A stretch of DNA of 64,000 bases from the IMG/VR virus record IMGVR_UViG_3300018050_000923; one strand, given 5' to 3'. The position numbers and the translations under genes are program-made. The notes under the pieces were generated by a model, which saw nothing but the letters and a program-made list of their open reading frames with translations, searched no databases and had not been told where the DNA came from. Shown piece by piece: positions 47,401 to 56,405 of the stretch (position 1 is its first letter; each line of letters opens with the position of its first letter). This DNA is from an uncultured virus (IMG/VR IMGVR_UViG_3300018050_000923). Taxonomy: Duplodnaviria; Heunggongvirae; Uroviricota; Caudoviricetes.

Positions 47401-48109
47401 GGCAGAAGATTATGCAATTTCTCTTGCAGCAGCAGAGGCTTCAGCAGCAGCAACAGATGCATCGTGGCAAGGCATTTTAGATAAAATTAATTCAATTCCT
47501 AAAGAAGTCACAACTAACCAAATAATAAATGAAATAAGAAATATTACTGAAAATATTACTAGATATATAACTACAATAGATCTTGGTGGTGGTGGCAACG
47601 GCAATGGCAACGGAAACGGCAATGGAAACGGCAACGGCAATGGCAATGGAAACGGCAATGGAAACGGCAACGGCAATGGCAATGGAAACGGCAATGGAAA
47701 CGGCAACGGAAACGGCAACGGCAACGGAAACGGCAACGGTAGTGGTAACAACGGAGACTCTGGCTACTATGGTTGGGATTGGGGAAATACTGGAGAGTTG
47801 TTTGCATTTTCTAAAGGTGGCTTAGTACCAACAAAGTATTTTTCAAGTGGTGGTTTTTCTATAGGAACAGATACAGTACCAGCAATGCTTACTCCAGGAG
47901 AATTTGTAATGAGTAGATATGCAGTAGATTCTCATGGATTAGATACAATGAAGTCTATTAATAATGGAGATTCAGTTGGTGATTCAGTGTATAATTATAG
48001 TATTAACGTTAATGTTAAATCTGATGCAAATCCTGATGAAATTGCACGGGCTGTAATGACTCAGATTAAACAGGTAGATTCAAAGAAACTTAGAGGAGCA
48101 AGAATATAA
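38486..48109 (+). CDS. Tape measure protein with internal cargo domains
   Basis: 3207 aa, Ala/Lys/Glu helical; TP901-like core (GGINASEGANALKS); hydrophobic segments; two DxVPAMxxPGE motifs. Confidence 0.9.
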   Translation: MADVNSNININFNTADALAQLRSLQAGLSKFHQSLAEGNLAAANAQKGLNAQLAQAIGATGKFAVSQAKVASSTLAFTTALEKNKLSLKEYYRYSMAAATANTKVLGKAFAQEREIINRARRDRVKALQSQYIQMSKAQGGFIDAMRIMPKTLVMTNGRFTELGTRIQYAAQRQQFLNQLLKQGSTQLLNFGKNTQWAGRQLMVGLTIPLSMLGGYASKAFRELEQATLKFRRVYGDAFTNDAEVESAVANIRRLAEEFTKYGVAVKDTVDMAATAAAAGFQGRALEEQVKTATKLAVLGQVEQQQALETTISLQNAFGLSTDQLAEKINFLNAVENQTVLSIEDLTIAIPKAAPVVKQLGGSVEDLAFFLTAMKEGGINASEGANALKSGLASLINPTEKATKFLAEMGINLKGIVEANKGDVKATVVGFARALDTLAPLERARAIEQLFGKFQFARLSTLFQNVSKDGTQASRALDLAGSAIEELAVLSEREMKKVEDSVGTKFQAAVEQFKQDIMPLGKAFLEAVTPIVKFFGGLFEKFNNLSDQTKKVVAIIVGVVAGIGPVLLMTFGLLANGLANLIKLFATIRGGMAKLNGQTNVLGAGFDYVTQQQLEQQAASQALHNTHTRLVEVFNVERTAAMQLASAYGMLSSQMKNMAAQNPALFAGGMQGAAGSVSKLPKGPMKFADGIISVPGPKGAGDVVPAMVSPGEAIIPTKTSEKYRGLITAMFQDKVPGFAGGRLPWGTSHPVRQSGAVDIGMPKKIADVTQSRMIADQIDKAVKSSRFAETKPTNFGTLMQPFSGRSFPIRGVGGVYRKPDGSLVVVKPTMDEKTALAEVRATEIAREAHGLIAPKQTIKTMIDPTDPSGQRKLIVLESPYDPRIAAGAGKFNKKDMISQLVASLLRADKDLSQSNVSGKVLADVGNAGVFDRASGFRDFAKALPSMEEQAMINLLGIKGGAKKFFAQETSGLAANMTPKQYHDAIIKEIDKVLPKLKETIGKFDLNPAEKLVYNDMIKRLEAGKAVDWSKFQGIHANAGQSVKKLIEGQGGTNYQDVIEKQVGKFALGTFDELKNDPSSRTQIDTLVKRLAKDAVDEIEVLKNTNPKQHELVTSLLTKKGITPSNMTQHQLLKYIEDEMVYKDGRYYDKKSIESGANVASAGKTYSEVRDKLLYRLGAVERGGAFSDQRKMNVSKLRFDMSPTGKQSGGWRQSIPRDSLLYKVLDSQEKEFKAANAATGKSDPLGALKESMKALGYTDKQIAQALRPELSHIAKTGESGRGTEKWLKGQALFDLRLLNNYMNTGKRTGSILDWNEKSGNPLRLTPDQIKEFRNSATYMSGQNHPTTEAQVKLVRAATQLDIIAEDFLKTQPKKPAGFPSLGEVRQSRAVAQLIDSRLGTEYYSQWRPQFNLGSGATKGTNVLVNPNKEYMVDTVTGKITKLTTANTSSKPSGAVADTGKATDRRVATETATRRVATAPQARAFGRQFAMVGRDQGDPNLSKAARGRITKAIQDEQRLLRSKNRFTEKEIRDSLERLRKRKTAEELAAASARKKAELERQEIKNRQTAQLTEKERAKQDKRDIKARRQEKVGRFSGGASMALGTAGMAAMMAGNTGAGMGLMGASAVAGMAPMLAGMGPVGWISTAAIAVGGSLFALNKSFENSAKKQAEYVDSISSTTAKMDQIGQITNKVGASRAMEEVRKKGVFGAYNDVERAGTGFGDTFLTSQVGKSMVTGFVDQMKQYGSKTAAKDFALQLSSYVSDGVLDASQAASIADQIGIQLGSRKYTAEIMGDLREIIGPNGEDLSTDPLQVRLEIIKAAGERSNTLLKSLGAAESKGLTGKTESAQLAAFGINNVQIAKAQVDATEWQYKKQIQLLQKELESTTNAEKLLSIKTKIANLESKMASDVKLANKEIVKQIDKETKIFETRIRQSQVGIFSGAKEDAYFDALKSKVKDAFKGTEFETMASDTLSRLAKLSDLTVNPFDGGKTKGGFENAQKAQSFEVQMQMLLGNKIINPEQMNTFMAMFEGRLPELGTTLKVGIEKQGADATIEMLEYFSGFENQGKAVEISTKLINGDPKTFKEVGEAMAQLRVLDGHEVNMEAYITTVGYDGLVKLSKDLAKIEAMPDKLDKQLILDYFTTGNGAGMKGMTQDNLKVLFAQWADFDKLPDKAQKEAISKFTTIYQTIFADEASRKKYAEEQADAAARESGFRGRTAAAYKKKRYDEIMAGTLSEAQAREAARATKTYIGENGELITKPGGAVGDTPGAGTKEDPYEELLRRLKNVRNAAINAAGGIKELNKALSDKGLKSVKDKYQGIEQQLNKMGYSRQYADYLMGLSQKDQDKLFKVTSEKITKGKNKGRFKDPFTGKAMPKGTKAGDLVLSAEGKLRAQAFDAAIIGEFNTAAGKTLTIFNEQETVRRKLAALGYDQTAIERILSDEYTTQLIYNGKITDQDLKTNAALNNQVVLREKINNLISRGLKAQQEAANVKQIPKVLEFFQKMSKEGLSLSSGAMLDMIGDPESLEAAIAAMNDYESNAEGARDRLKEIVDGLNAIKANSNIKLIMDFVSKNPAEKAQAGFEAAKRVMEVRRNIYSNMTVGELPGIRTADRKAKDGTLISGKNIGSQAIANVAARYQAAGVAIPTITPGATLKGIQTKRADLAKTMQIGQQALSSLQASYNAKQDALNNAQDNLEKALDAANDKYDNLIDAQENIIKGLEEKIKIDYEDKITALNKESDKLNNDLAIMDHAADKINEKYDKQVEALQKISDINQQIAESQSQQLDLADALSQGDIAAAARAAQEMRASSSANALDASMQSIEKARKTEIDALRGSETGMTRQQIAERQFQISQQIYKLETDPKRLELEKQIEAAKTEITRLEKEREVAIKNINAEHDAMIAKLKSELENINQQVTAQQNILTSLEKQDAELASQETYMQSIVDEAVALDDSTGMTLEKWEETVDKLIDIEQLAEDYAISLAAAEASAAATDASWQGILDKINSIPKEVTTNQIINEIRNITENITRYITTIDLGGGGNGNGNGNGNGNGNGNGNGNGNGNGNGNGNGNGNGNGNGNGNGNGNGNGSGNNGDSGYYGWDWGNTGELFAFSKGGLVPTKYFSSGGFSIGTDTVPAMLTPGEFVMSRYAVDSHGLDTMKSINNGDSVGDSVYNYSINVNVKSDANPDEIARAVMTQIKQVDSKKLRGARI
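47594..47737 (+). repeat. (GGN AAY)24 encoding (Gly-Asn)24
   Basis: Direct reading. Confidence 0.9.
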
Positions 48110-48765
48110 TGTCAACAGCACCATATATGGCAGGTAGAAAAAAATATCAACGCCCTCAAGCAATGCTATGGTCAGAAAATTCTGGAACGTTAGTGTCAGG
48201 ATCATACGTCCCTAATGGATTAGAAATAGGGCAAGATCCAGGATCAGAAACGGATGAGTCAAAATATAATCAATTTTTAATATTATCTGATGATAACAGG
48301 TCCCCTTTAAATTTTACAAATGCAAGAATTGAAACAAGAGAAAGAATGATTAATGGAAGAATGAGGTCTTATCATATTGCTGATAAATTAGTATTATCAA
48401 CCTCATGGGACATGTTGCCATCAAGATCGTATTTTACTGTACCAGAATTTAATCCAACAACTGGAATATCACCGAATAATGGTTTTGGAAGTCCTGTCGG
48501 TGCAGATTTACAGTACACAACTGACGGCGGTGCTGGAGGAGTAGAGGTATTAGATTGGTATGAAAATCATCAAGGTCCGTTTTGGGTTTATTTAGCATAT
48601 GACAAATATTCTAATTTTGGAAAAGAGTCAGACGCATATGCACACTTACCACAATATAATCAATTAATTCAAATGTATTTTTCTGATTTTAATTATAGTG
48701 TTGTTAAACGTGGCGGTAGCAATTTTGATTTTTGGAATATATCTGTAACACTGGAAGAGGTATAA
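48109..48765 (+). CDS. Distal tail protein (putative)
   Basis: Follows TMP; RMINGRMR..WNISVTLEEV. Confidence 0.6.
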   Translation: MSTAPYMAGRKKYQRPQAMLWSENSGTLVSGSYVPNGLEIGQDPGSETDESKYNQFLILSDDNRSPLNFTNARIETRERMINGRMRSYHIADKLVLSTSWDMLPSRSYFTVPEFNPTTGISPNNGFGSPVGADLQYTTDGGAGGVEVLDWYENHQGPFWVYLAYDKYSNFGKESDAYAHLPQYNQLIQMYFSDFNYSVVKRGGSNFDFWNISVTLEEV

Positions 48766-51700
48766 TGTTTCAAAATCAAGACCTTAAATCATTTTTAGAA
48801 ACCTCACCTACGGTAAGGTCTCAGTCTGCAATCATAGCAGAATGGAATATGAATTTTGCAAATAATATTTTTAGAATTGGAAATTATAGATACAGACCTT
48901 CTGCAGAAACAACTGATAAATATAAAATCATACCAAATAGTTTTGATATAAACGACATTGGAAATTTTTATACTGGCGCTACTAATTCAGATATTATTGT
49001 TGATGGAGGAATTAGTCCATCAGACAATGAAGAGCCATGGTTTTTATTAGAACAAAATAAAAAATCTTCAATGTTATATTCTCTTGAAGATTGTTTTAAA
49101 AAATTTAGACCAAGGTCTGGAATAAATAAGGCTGCATATTTTCCAGGAAGAAAATTACATCATTCTAATATGAATATGTCAAATCGTCCAAGATATTACA
49201 TGGCAGACAAAAATGATACTTTTAAATACTGGACATCTTTTAGATTAGACGCTGGAGTTCTTAGGGGGATAGCAAATAAATTTATTAATGGGCAACACTT
49301 TATTGATGATGCTGCTCCTTTTATAGTATATGACAATCCAGTTCCAGCGAATAGAATAATAGTAAAAATGCAAACAAATGTTGGATCAGTAGATTTAGGT
49401 CCATTTTCAAATTCTTCTGGGTCTTTTCCAGATCCACTATATGGAGATTTAAATAAAACAACTCCAGTAAAATGGAAAATACAGTCATTGCAAAATAATA
49501 ATTGGGTAGATATTGTTAGTTTTAATTCTGGTAGTACTAGAAGAAATGGTTTACCTGTAATTAATAACGATGGCTATGTTGAGATATCATATGGGTTAAA
49601 GGTTCCAGAAAAATATCGAGATGTTTTTGTTCGTGCAGAAGAATATACGGATGAATCTTTTAAGCCAGAACGTTCCATTAATGGATATGCATATTTAATT
49701 AAAGCAAACGAATATGATTTGGGCAGATACCATATATGGTTTAACAATCAATGGGAGACTTTTATACCAGAATATGGATGGGTTTTAGAAGAAGAGACTG
49801 TTGATCGTCTTACTAACTTTGTTACAGATTTTGTTGATCCCGCTAAATTTACATCTCCTACAGATGGATTAAGCACATACTGCGAGTTTGAGTTTATTAA
49901 AGGCTTAAGAATAGTCGTAGATACAATGAACAAAATAGATTCTACCTTTGATTTGATAGAACTATCACCAAGACTTGTTGCTGATATTTCAGACAAGGCT
50001 GTATCTTTTAATGTTTCTAAAACAGCATCAGATTTAGGAACTAGCGGTCTTCCAGTAGGGCAGTTGCTTGCATCAAATGGAACATTAACTATATTTGATT
50101 ATGATAATTCTTTTAATGAAAATAATTCATTAAGCATTATTAATGAATATATTTCAAACAATATACAAATAAAATTTTATGACATAATTGTAAACGTTAA
50201 TGGGTATGATTATTTTGTTCCTATCAAAACAATGTATTCAGAAGGCTTTCCATCATTTTCTCATTCTGATAGAAAAGTAGAGTTAAGGCTAAGAGATTTA
50301 TATTTTTATTTTGAATCAATCAAAGCACCAGAAATGTTGGTCACTAATGTTTCTTTAAGTTATGCAGTATCATTATTACTGGACTCTATTGGATTTTCAA
50401 ATTATGTTTTTAAAAGAGTAGAAAACGAAAAAGAATTAATAATCCCATTTTTCTACATACCACCAGACAAAACAGTGGCAGAGGTTTTAAATGACCTAGC
50501 AGTTTCTACACAAACGGCTATGTTCTTTGATGAGTACAATAATTTTGTAATGATAAGCAAAAATTATATGCTTCCATCAAGTTCAGAAAGAAGTGTTGAT
50601 TTTACTCTTTATGGCTCAAAAGATTTATCTCATATTGGAGTAAGAGAAAATGTAAATGTAAATGAAAAGTTATCTAATATTATTGAAATATCTTCTGAAG
50701 AAAGAAACATCTATAATGATGGGGTAATTAACTATGACACAAGATATATCCAAAGGTCGTACGGTAGTATAAAGCAAGCATCAATGATTGATAATGAGGT
50801 TGCTGCAAAAAACTGGATATACAAGCCTTCACTCCTATGGGAAATTACTGGAGATAAAAATGTAAGGTCTATTAATAATGAAGTATCTGATCAATCTTCT
50901 TATAACCTAGCAGCCATTCCATTAAACTCTAACTTATCAGCAGATTTGCCTACTGTAGTTAACAACAGACTTGTAAATAACATAATAGATTTAGGAGAAG
51001 CAGTATATTGGCTTGGCAGATACAACGGATATTTTTATGCAAATGGTGAAATAATTAAATTTGATGCTGTTCAATACAGTATACCTGGAGCACAAAAAAA
51101 TATATTAAGAGAAGAGTCAAATGGAAAATTTTCATATACTACAGAAACAGCAGGGGCCGTTGGAAATGTTTGGATTAGTAGTAATCAAGAATATCAAGAC
51201 TATATGTCTAAATTAACATTTAATGGAAAAATGTATCCAACTGGATTGGTAAGGATATACTCAGAACCAAAATATGAAACTATTAATGACGTAACGGTAA
51301 TGAAAAATGGCGAGGTGTCACGTCATGGAAGAGGTCAATTTGGAACAAAAATAATTTCACATGATTCTGGACTTAATTCTTATTGGAATAATAACTCTTA
51401 TGTTCGTGGATGCGATATGCAAAGCATACACCTTTTTGGATTGACTTCAGGAGATGTCTTAGATAATTCTGCTATTCAGTCTAAGTCATTAGGAACAACT
51501 ATTCCTGCAGGCCCTAATTCATCAAGAGCAAAAGAAAATATTAGAACTGGAATAATTAAAAACTTTTTATCACACTCTTATGTAAATGAATCTGAAAAAA
51601 ATACTAATAAATCTACTCAGGCAGGATCTGTTCAGTCATCTGCTTTAGTAATGAGTGGACCATCTTTTAGCAGTATAGAGTCACCAATAAACTTTATTTC

Positions 51701-53162
51701 ATATCAGTACAAACCGCTAGATAATAAGTATAAGCATTTTGGAACAAGGATGCGTGTTATTGGAAAGGTTGAAATTAGCGAAACAAAAGAACAAACTCCA
51801 GTAGGCTCTGTTCCATATTATGTATTATCTGGAACACAACCAAACCAACAATTAAATATCTCTGGTGGTTCTGGAGGTCTTGCTGTAATGATAAACCCAG
51901 AAACCAATGTCGGTTATTATTTTGAAATTGTTGCTTTAACAGAAAAAAATATTAGTCAATATTCTTCAGATGTAGATAATCTTCACAATATTATTTTTTA
52001 TAAAGTTTATTCAGATCCAACAGGAAAAGCGATACCAATAAAACTTTGGGGCGGGTTAAGTAACATTATTGTAGACGATGGTAAGTTTACTGGGCAAGCA
52101 CGTATGATAGGAGAACAAAATCCTACTGTTTATGATTTAGCAGTAGAATATCAAGATATAGGGTCTTCTCGTAGATTTTATTTATATATAAATAATAACT
52201 TAGTAAAGGTAGTTGACGACTCCTCTCCATTGCCAATATACAATAATCTTGCACTATTTGTTCGTGGGGGAAGCAAGTGTATGTTTGAAAATGTATATGC
52301 TCTTGCTAATAACTATAGCCAAAATACTTCGTTTTCGTTAGAGACACCAGTATCTGCTGCTTTTGGAGATGAACATATAACTGCCAATGAATCCTTTAGA
52401 AAGTATGCAATGTCTGGTATTGTACAATCTACATATTTATCTGGAATCAATACAAGTCAGCCACCAAGTTTTAATATTTATTTTGATGAGTTTGGAACCA
52501 TTATGAGAGAAGCAGCATATCTAAAGGTAAGGTATGACAAAGCCTATCCAGCATTATATGCACAACTTTCTCCAACATTTAATAGAATTAAAGGATACAC
52601 GACTTCTGGATTTAAAGCAGGTTCATACGGTGCTGAATTTTTAATTTTTAATTCAACTGATACATCAATTAATCTTGATGAGTCTAGCGGAAACTATTTA
52701 AGAATACAAGGTATAGCATTTACACAAGAATCTAATAGTCAGTTGAGTGTTGACTCATACTTTGCAAAAAATACTAACTTTTCAGATCCAATGATAGGAA
52801 AAGATGGTTTAATTGTTTCTCCATTTAGACTTGCATTAGATTATGATAAAATAAAAACAAGCAGGCTGACGTATGGCAAAAAAGAATTTTCTTTAGATCC
52901 AACATATGTTCAGTCTAATGACGATGCTAATGAACTAATGGGATGGATAATTAATAAAATACTTAGACCACGTAAAAATGTAGGTGTTAAGATTTTTTCA
53001 ATGCCAATACTTCAATTGGGAGATATTGTCAATATAGAATATAAAGACGAACTTGGAAATGATATAATAGAATCAGAAGATAAAAGATTTGTTGTATATC
53101 ATATAGAATATAATAAAGATGCAGACGGACCAGAAATGACCGTTTACTTAAGTGAGGTTTAA
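48765..53162 (+). CDS. Tail tip/baseplate hub protein
   Basis: ATG coupled by TAATG; LNDLAVSTQTAMFFDEYNNF; PILQLGDIVNI..VYHIEY. Confidence 0.65.
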   Translation: MFQNQDLKSFLETSPTVRSQSAIIAEWNMNFANNIFRIGNYRYRPSAETTDKYKIIPNSFDINDIGNFYTGATNSDIIVDGGISPSDNEEPWFLLEQNKKSSMLYSLEDCFKKFRPRSGINKAAYFPGRKLHHSNMNMSNRPRYYMADKNDTFKYWTSFRLDAGVLRGIANKFINGQHFIDDAAPFIVYDNPVPANRIIVKMQTNVGSVDLGPFSNSSGSFPDPLYGDLNKTTPVKWKIQSLQNNNWVDIVSFNSGSTRRNGLPVINNDGYVEISYGLKVPEKYRDVFVRAEEYTDESFKPERSINGYAYLIKANEYDLGRYHIWFNNQWETFIPEYGWVLEEETVDRLTNFVTDFVDPAKFTSPTDGLSTYCEFEFIKGLRIVVDTMNKIDSTFDLIELSPRLVADISDKAVSFNVSKTASDLGTSGLPVGQLLASNGTLTIFDYDNSFNENNSLSIINEYISNNIQIKFYDIIVNVNGYDYFVPIKTMYSEGFPSFSHSDRKVELRLRDLYFYFESIKAPEMLVTNVSLSYAVSLLLDSIGFSNYVFKRVENEKELIIPFFYIPPDKTVAEVLNDLAVSTQTAMFFDEYNNFVMISKNYMLPSSSERSVDFTLYGSKDLSHIGVRENVNVNEKLSNIIEISSEERNIYNDGVINYDTRYIQRSYGSIKQASMIDNEVAAKNWIYKPSLLWEITGDKNVRSINNEVSDQSSYNLAAIPLNSNLSADLPTVVNNRLVNNIIDLGEAVYWLGRYNGYFYANGEIIKFDAVQYSIPGAQKNILREESNGKFSYTTETAGAVGNVWISSNQEYQDYMSKLTFNGKMYPTGLVRIYSEPKYETINDVTVMKNGEVSRHGRGQFGTKIISHDSGLNSYWNNNSYVRGCDMQSIHLFGLTSGDVLDNSAIQSKSLGTTIPAGPNSSRAKENIRTGIIKNFLSHSYVNESEKNTNKSTQAGSVQSSALVMSGPSFSSIESPINFISYQYKPLDNKYKHFGTRMRVIGKVEISETKEQTPVGSVPYYVLSGTQPNQQLNISGGSGGLAVMINPETNVGYYFEIVALTEKNISQYSSDVDNLHNIIFYKVYSDPTGKAIPIKLWGGLSNIIVDDGKFTGQARMIGEQNPTVYDLAVEYQDIGSSRRFYLYINNNLVKVVDDSSPLPIYNNLALFVRGGSKCMFENVYALANNYSQNTSFSLETPVSAAFGDEHITANESFRKYAMSGIVQSTYLSGINTSQPPSFNIYFDEFGTIMREAAYLKVRYDKAYPALYAQLSPTFNRIKGYTTSGFKAGSYGAEFLIFNSTDTSINLDESSGNYLRIQGIAFTQESNSQLSVDSYFAKNTNFSDPMIGKDGLIVSPFRLALDYDKIKTSRLTYGKKEFSLDPTYVQSNDDANELMGWIINKILRPRKNVGVKIFSMPILQLGDIVNIEYKDELGNDIIESEDKRFVVYHIEYNKDADGPEMTVYLSEV

Positions 53163-53163
53163 A

Positions 53164-53667
53164 ATGTCAACAGTAAATAGTACTCCAAACTTACCATCAT
53201 CTAGCCCAAATCCAGGAACAAATAATCCAAGCGTTGTTGCAGCAACACCAGATATTATTTTATTTAATGATGAATCTACGCCAATAGAAATAATGACAGA
53301 TCTTATATTTGAAAATATAGGTGGTCAAGAATTAATTAATATAATAAGATCAGATATAATTAATGGACAAAATGTAATATATCAACCTATTAAAAATCTA
53401 ACTAATTTATTTTTTCAGTATAACCCTCAAAATATTTTAGCACTTCAAGATACTGATTCAAATTATTTTAAAAAATTTCCTATAAATTTTTCAAACAAAG
53501 TTCCAGAATGTGGCACAGGTCCTGACTGCTCAAAGGTTTATATAGATCCAGACACTGGAGATCTCGTAATTAATGTAATTAATCTAGCAAGAGATGAGCA
53601 GGTAGAGATATCCATAGTTTCTGACGGAGAAGTATTAGATGATACAATATACGAGGTGAATCCATGA
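53164..53667 (+). CDS. Tail tip protein (putative)
   Basis: Synteny. Confidence 0.5.
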   Translation: MSTVNSTPNLPSSSPNPGTNNPSVVAATPDIILFNDESTPIEIMTDLIFENIGGQELINIIRSDIINGQNVIYQPIKNLTNLFFQYNPQNILALQDTDSNYFKKFPINFSNKVPECGTGPDCSKVYIDPDTGDLVINVINLARDEQVEISIVSDGEVLDDTIYEVNP

Positions 53668-54815
53668 TTACAAATATAGGTAAAGGCATTTTAGCAAAGT
53701 ATCTTATTGGCCAGGCTCCAGCCTATGCCTCTTATGTTGCCATTGGTTGCGGTGCAAAACCGCTTGCAACAAACCAGTCTTTTGCAGATTATTCTGATAA
53801 AAAATCTTTAGATTTTGAAATGTTCAGAGTACCAGTTACATCACGAGGTTATGTAAATGAAGACGGCATCGATAAGATTGTGCTAACAGCAGAACTTCCA
53901 ACAGATGAAAGATATGAAATATCAGAAGTTGGGATATATTCTGCTGGAGCAAATCCATCTGCAGGAGCATATGATAGTCGTTCTTTATTTGCATTCACAG
54001 TAAATGAAAACTGGGAATATCATAGACAGGATGGCGGTGCAGGTTCTCTAGAAGTAAAATATTCACGACTAGATGATTCAGATAATGATAATATCATTAA
54101 TGATTTTAATCAAACTATCGGTGACCAAACATTTGTTGCCAAAGTTTTTCAGACAAACTCTGATAATTTATCATTTACAAATGGAGACAGGCTCTCAAGA
54201 TATGAGAGGGCACGTTTTTATAACAATATAGTTATGGCAAGAGGCGACGTTTCAAATCTTACAGTATCAGGCGGACACCTTGAGATTGGATCAAATTCAA
54301 ATCATATACACCTACTTGGAACTTCTTTAGATTTTAATAAGAACTCACCAACCGATGAGATTAAGTTGGCTTTTAGTATTATCAATAAAGACCCAGATCC
54401 AGCCATTGTTCCAGATGCAGTTAGAATATTATTAGAGTTTGGCGAAAGCGATACCCCAGGAGTTGGAGAGTGGGCAAGGTTTGAAGTTATTATGTCTAAT
54501 GAAGATTATGATTTTGCAAACAATAGATATTATGTTATAACAAAGCAGTTACAGGAACTACATAAGAGCATTGGGTTTACATGGAACAATGTTAGCATCA
54601 TAAAGATTTATGCAACTGTTATTAATAATGAATTGCCATCAACCGATTTTTATGTAGGTCTAGACGCAGTAAGGTTTGAAAATGTATCTACAACAAATCC
54701 AATATACGGCCTTACTGGGTATACTGTTATTAAAAATACCAATGCAGAAACAATTATTAAGGCAGCAAACACTACAAACTATATTGAGTTTAGATTTGCA
54801 ATGGATGTACAGTAA
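53664..54815 (+). CDS. Baseplate/fibre-attachment protein
   Basis: MITNIGK..YVAIGCG..FRVPVT..ISEVGIY collar-like N-terminus. Confidence 0.55.
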   Translation: MITNIGKGILAKYLIGQAPAYASYVAIGCGAKPLATNQSFADYSDKKSLDFEMFRVPVTSRGYVNEDGIDKIVLTAELPTDERYEISEVGIYSAGANPSAGAYDSRSLFAFTVNENWEYHRQDGGAGSLEVKYSRLDDSDNDNIINDFNQTIGDQTFVAKVFQTNSDNLSFTNGDRLSRYERARFYNNIVMARGDVSNLTVSGGHLEIGSNSNHIHLLGTSLDFNKNSPTDEIKLAFSIINKDPDPAIVPDAVRILLEFGESDTPGVGEWARFEVIMSNEDYDFANNRYYVITKQLQELHKSIGFTWNNVSIIKIYATVINNELPSTDFYVGLDAVRFENVSTTNPIYGLTGYTVIKNTNAETIIKAANTTNYIEFRFAMDVQ

Positions 54816-55255
54816 TGGCAACACCAGATTTAGGCATAAAAAAAGTTATTATTCCAAAATCTAAACTGCCTGGATTTTTTGGGGAAAATAGAAAATACAT
54901 TTTAAGATATAGATTTATATCAGAAGACAAGAATAGAACATCGCATTGGTCTCCAGCATATAAAATTATTGCTGAAGACACTCCTTCAGAAATATTGAAT
55001 AGTATGATAATTGATACCGATAATAAAGTTATTAACTTAGCATGGCAACCACAAACAAACGTTGAAGAATATTTTATATATGTAAAATGGAATAACAGTG
55101 GATGGCAATATTATACTAAGACATCACAAACTAACTACTCTATAGTTTATGATGCAGCCAAAACATATGTTCATATTGCAGTACAAGTAAAAACAATACC
55201 ACTAGAAAGATTTGCCGATGCAATATTGTTTGAAAATGAAGGCAGTCTGGTATAA
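54815..55255 (+). CDS. Tail protein with FN3-like fold (putative)
   Basis: SHWSP..NLAW..YFIYV beta pattern. Confidence 0.45.
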   Translation: MATPDLGIKKVIIPKSKLPGFFGENRKYILRYRFISEDKNRTSHWSPAYKIIAEDTPSEILNSMIIDTDNKVINLAWQPQTNVEEYFIYVKWNNSGWQYYTKTSQTNYSIVYDAAKTYVHIAVQVKTIPLERFADAILFENEGSLV

Positions 55256-55256
55256 T
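55248..55256 (+). promoter_or_regulatory. Extended -10 promoter overlapping stop codon
   Basis: TGGTATAAT. Confidence 0.55.
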
Positions 55257-55271
55257 TAGACAGGAGGAATA

Positions 55272-55712
55272 ATGGCAAAAATACCATCACCAGAACCAGG
55301 GCAACCTATAGATGTATCTTATATAGATCAGATAGTTCGTGCTATTAACGATCTTTCTGTTCAGATATCACCAGCAATTTATAAATATGTTACAGTTGAT
55401 GTTCCTAAGTTTACATCTCAGAGCGCTAAAATATCTGAGACCAGAGTAATTGGAGGATATGTTGACGTCTTTAAAGGAATACAAAGCGTTGGTGGGCAAA
55501 AAGATTTTTATTATCAGTTTCAACCAGAATTTAAATATCCACCAATTGTTGTAGCAACCCCAGTTAATATCAATGGAACAGAAGCAGGTAAAACAGTAAC
55601 TGTTGTTTTAAAAGAGCCAAGCACTTCTAGGGTTGATGGAACAGTAAATTTTAACTCTGCTGGAGACGTTTCTATCGGTGTTAACTTAGTTATTATTGGC
55701 ATTCCTAATTAA
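55272..55712 (+). CDS. Small fibre/receptor-binding-like protein
   Basis: F..EFKYPPIVVATP..VNLVIIG (H-type-lectin-like end). Confidence 0.5.
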   Translation: MAKIPSPEPGQPIDVSYIDQIVRAINDLSVQISPAIYKYVTVDVPKFTSQSAKISETRVIGGYVDVFKGIQSVGGQKDFYYQFQPEFKYPPIVVATPVNINGTEAGKTVTVVLKEPSTSRVDGTVNFNSAGDVSIGVNLVIIGIPN

Positions 55713-55903
55713 TGATCAAATGCAAAAAATGTTCAAGAAAGATGCTAATAGACAGAGTTTACAACTCAGTGTCTCATTTAGAAATTTATTGCTTATTGTG
55801 TGGATCAAGAGTTTTTTTCCATCCACCATCTGATTCGAAGGAAGGAAGATGGCTACTAGAAAAGGAAATAGAACGAGCGAAGAATACAATGTCGCTGCTG
55901 TGA
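55712..55903 (+). CDS. Zinc-ribbon protein
   Basis: CKKC..CLLCG. Confidence 0.6.
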   Translation: MIKCKKCSRKMLIDRVYNSVSHLEIYCLLCGSRVFFHPPSDSKEGRWLLEKEIERAKNTMSLL

Positions 55904-56391
55904 TACCTGGAAATAAAAAAGTTTGGTTTTTAAATAAAGATCTTGTTAGAGTTGTGCATTATAACAGATCAAATGGCATTATGTCAATTTATAACATTAC
56001 AAAAGATAGGTTAGAGAGTTGTCTAATAAATGATTTTAAAAATAAAAGAGAAAGAGCATACACAGTCGGAGAAACTGCTGATTTAGTTAATAGACATAAA
56101 AAATATATGCCATCACTAATGAAGAGAGGTGTCATACCTTTTCCAACTGGATCACAAAAAGGCGGAGAAAGGGGATGGCAGGTTAGATCTTATTACTCCG
56201 AATCGCAAGTCAGAGAGATACGTGATATACTGGCTACATACCATATTGGTAGACCAAGAAAAGATAATTTAATAACAAATGATATTACTCCTACAAAAGC
56301 AGAGTTGACTCGCAGGATGGGAGATGGTATACTAACATATACAAAGACTGAAGACGGTAGGTTTATACCAATTTGGTCAGAATCAATATAA
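55849..56391 (+). CDS. MerR-like HTH DNA-binding protein
   Basis: YTVGETADLVNRH..KRGVIP..RSYYSESQV. Confidence 0.65.
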   Translation: MATRKGNRTSEEYNVAAVIPGNKKVWFLNKDLVRVVHYNRSNGIMSIYNITKDRLESCLINDFKNKRERAYTVGETADLVNRHKKYMPSLMKRGVIPFPTGSQKGGERGWQVRSYYSESQVREIRDILATYHIGRPRKDNLITNDITPTKAELTRRMGDGILTYTKTEDGRFIPIWSESI

Positions 56392-56405
56392 TAGAAGGGT
56401 ATGAA

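Noticed and set aside
47410..47825. Alternative-frame ORFs (PLPF, CRFH, ATAMET)
   Set aside because: Shadows of the (GN)n tract within the TMP
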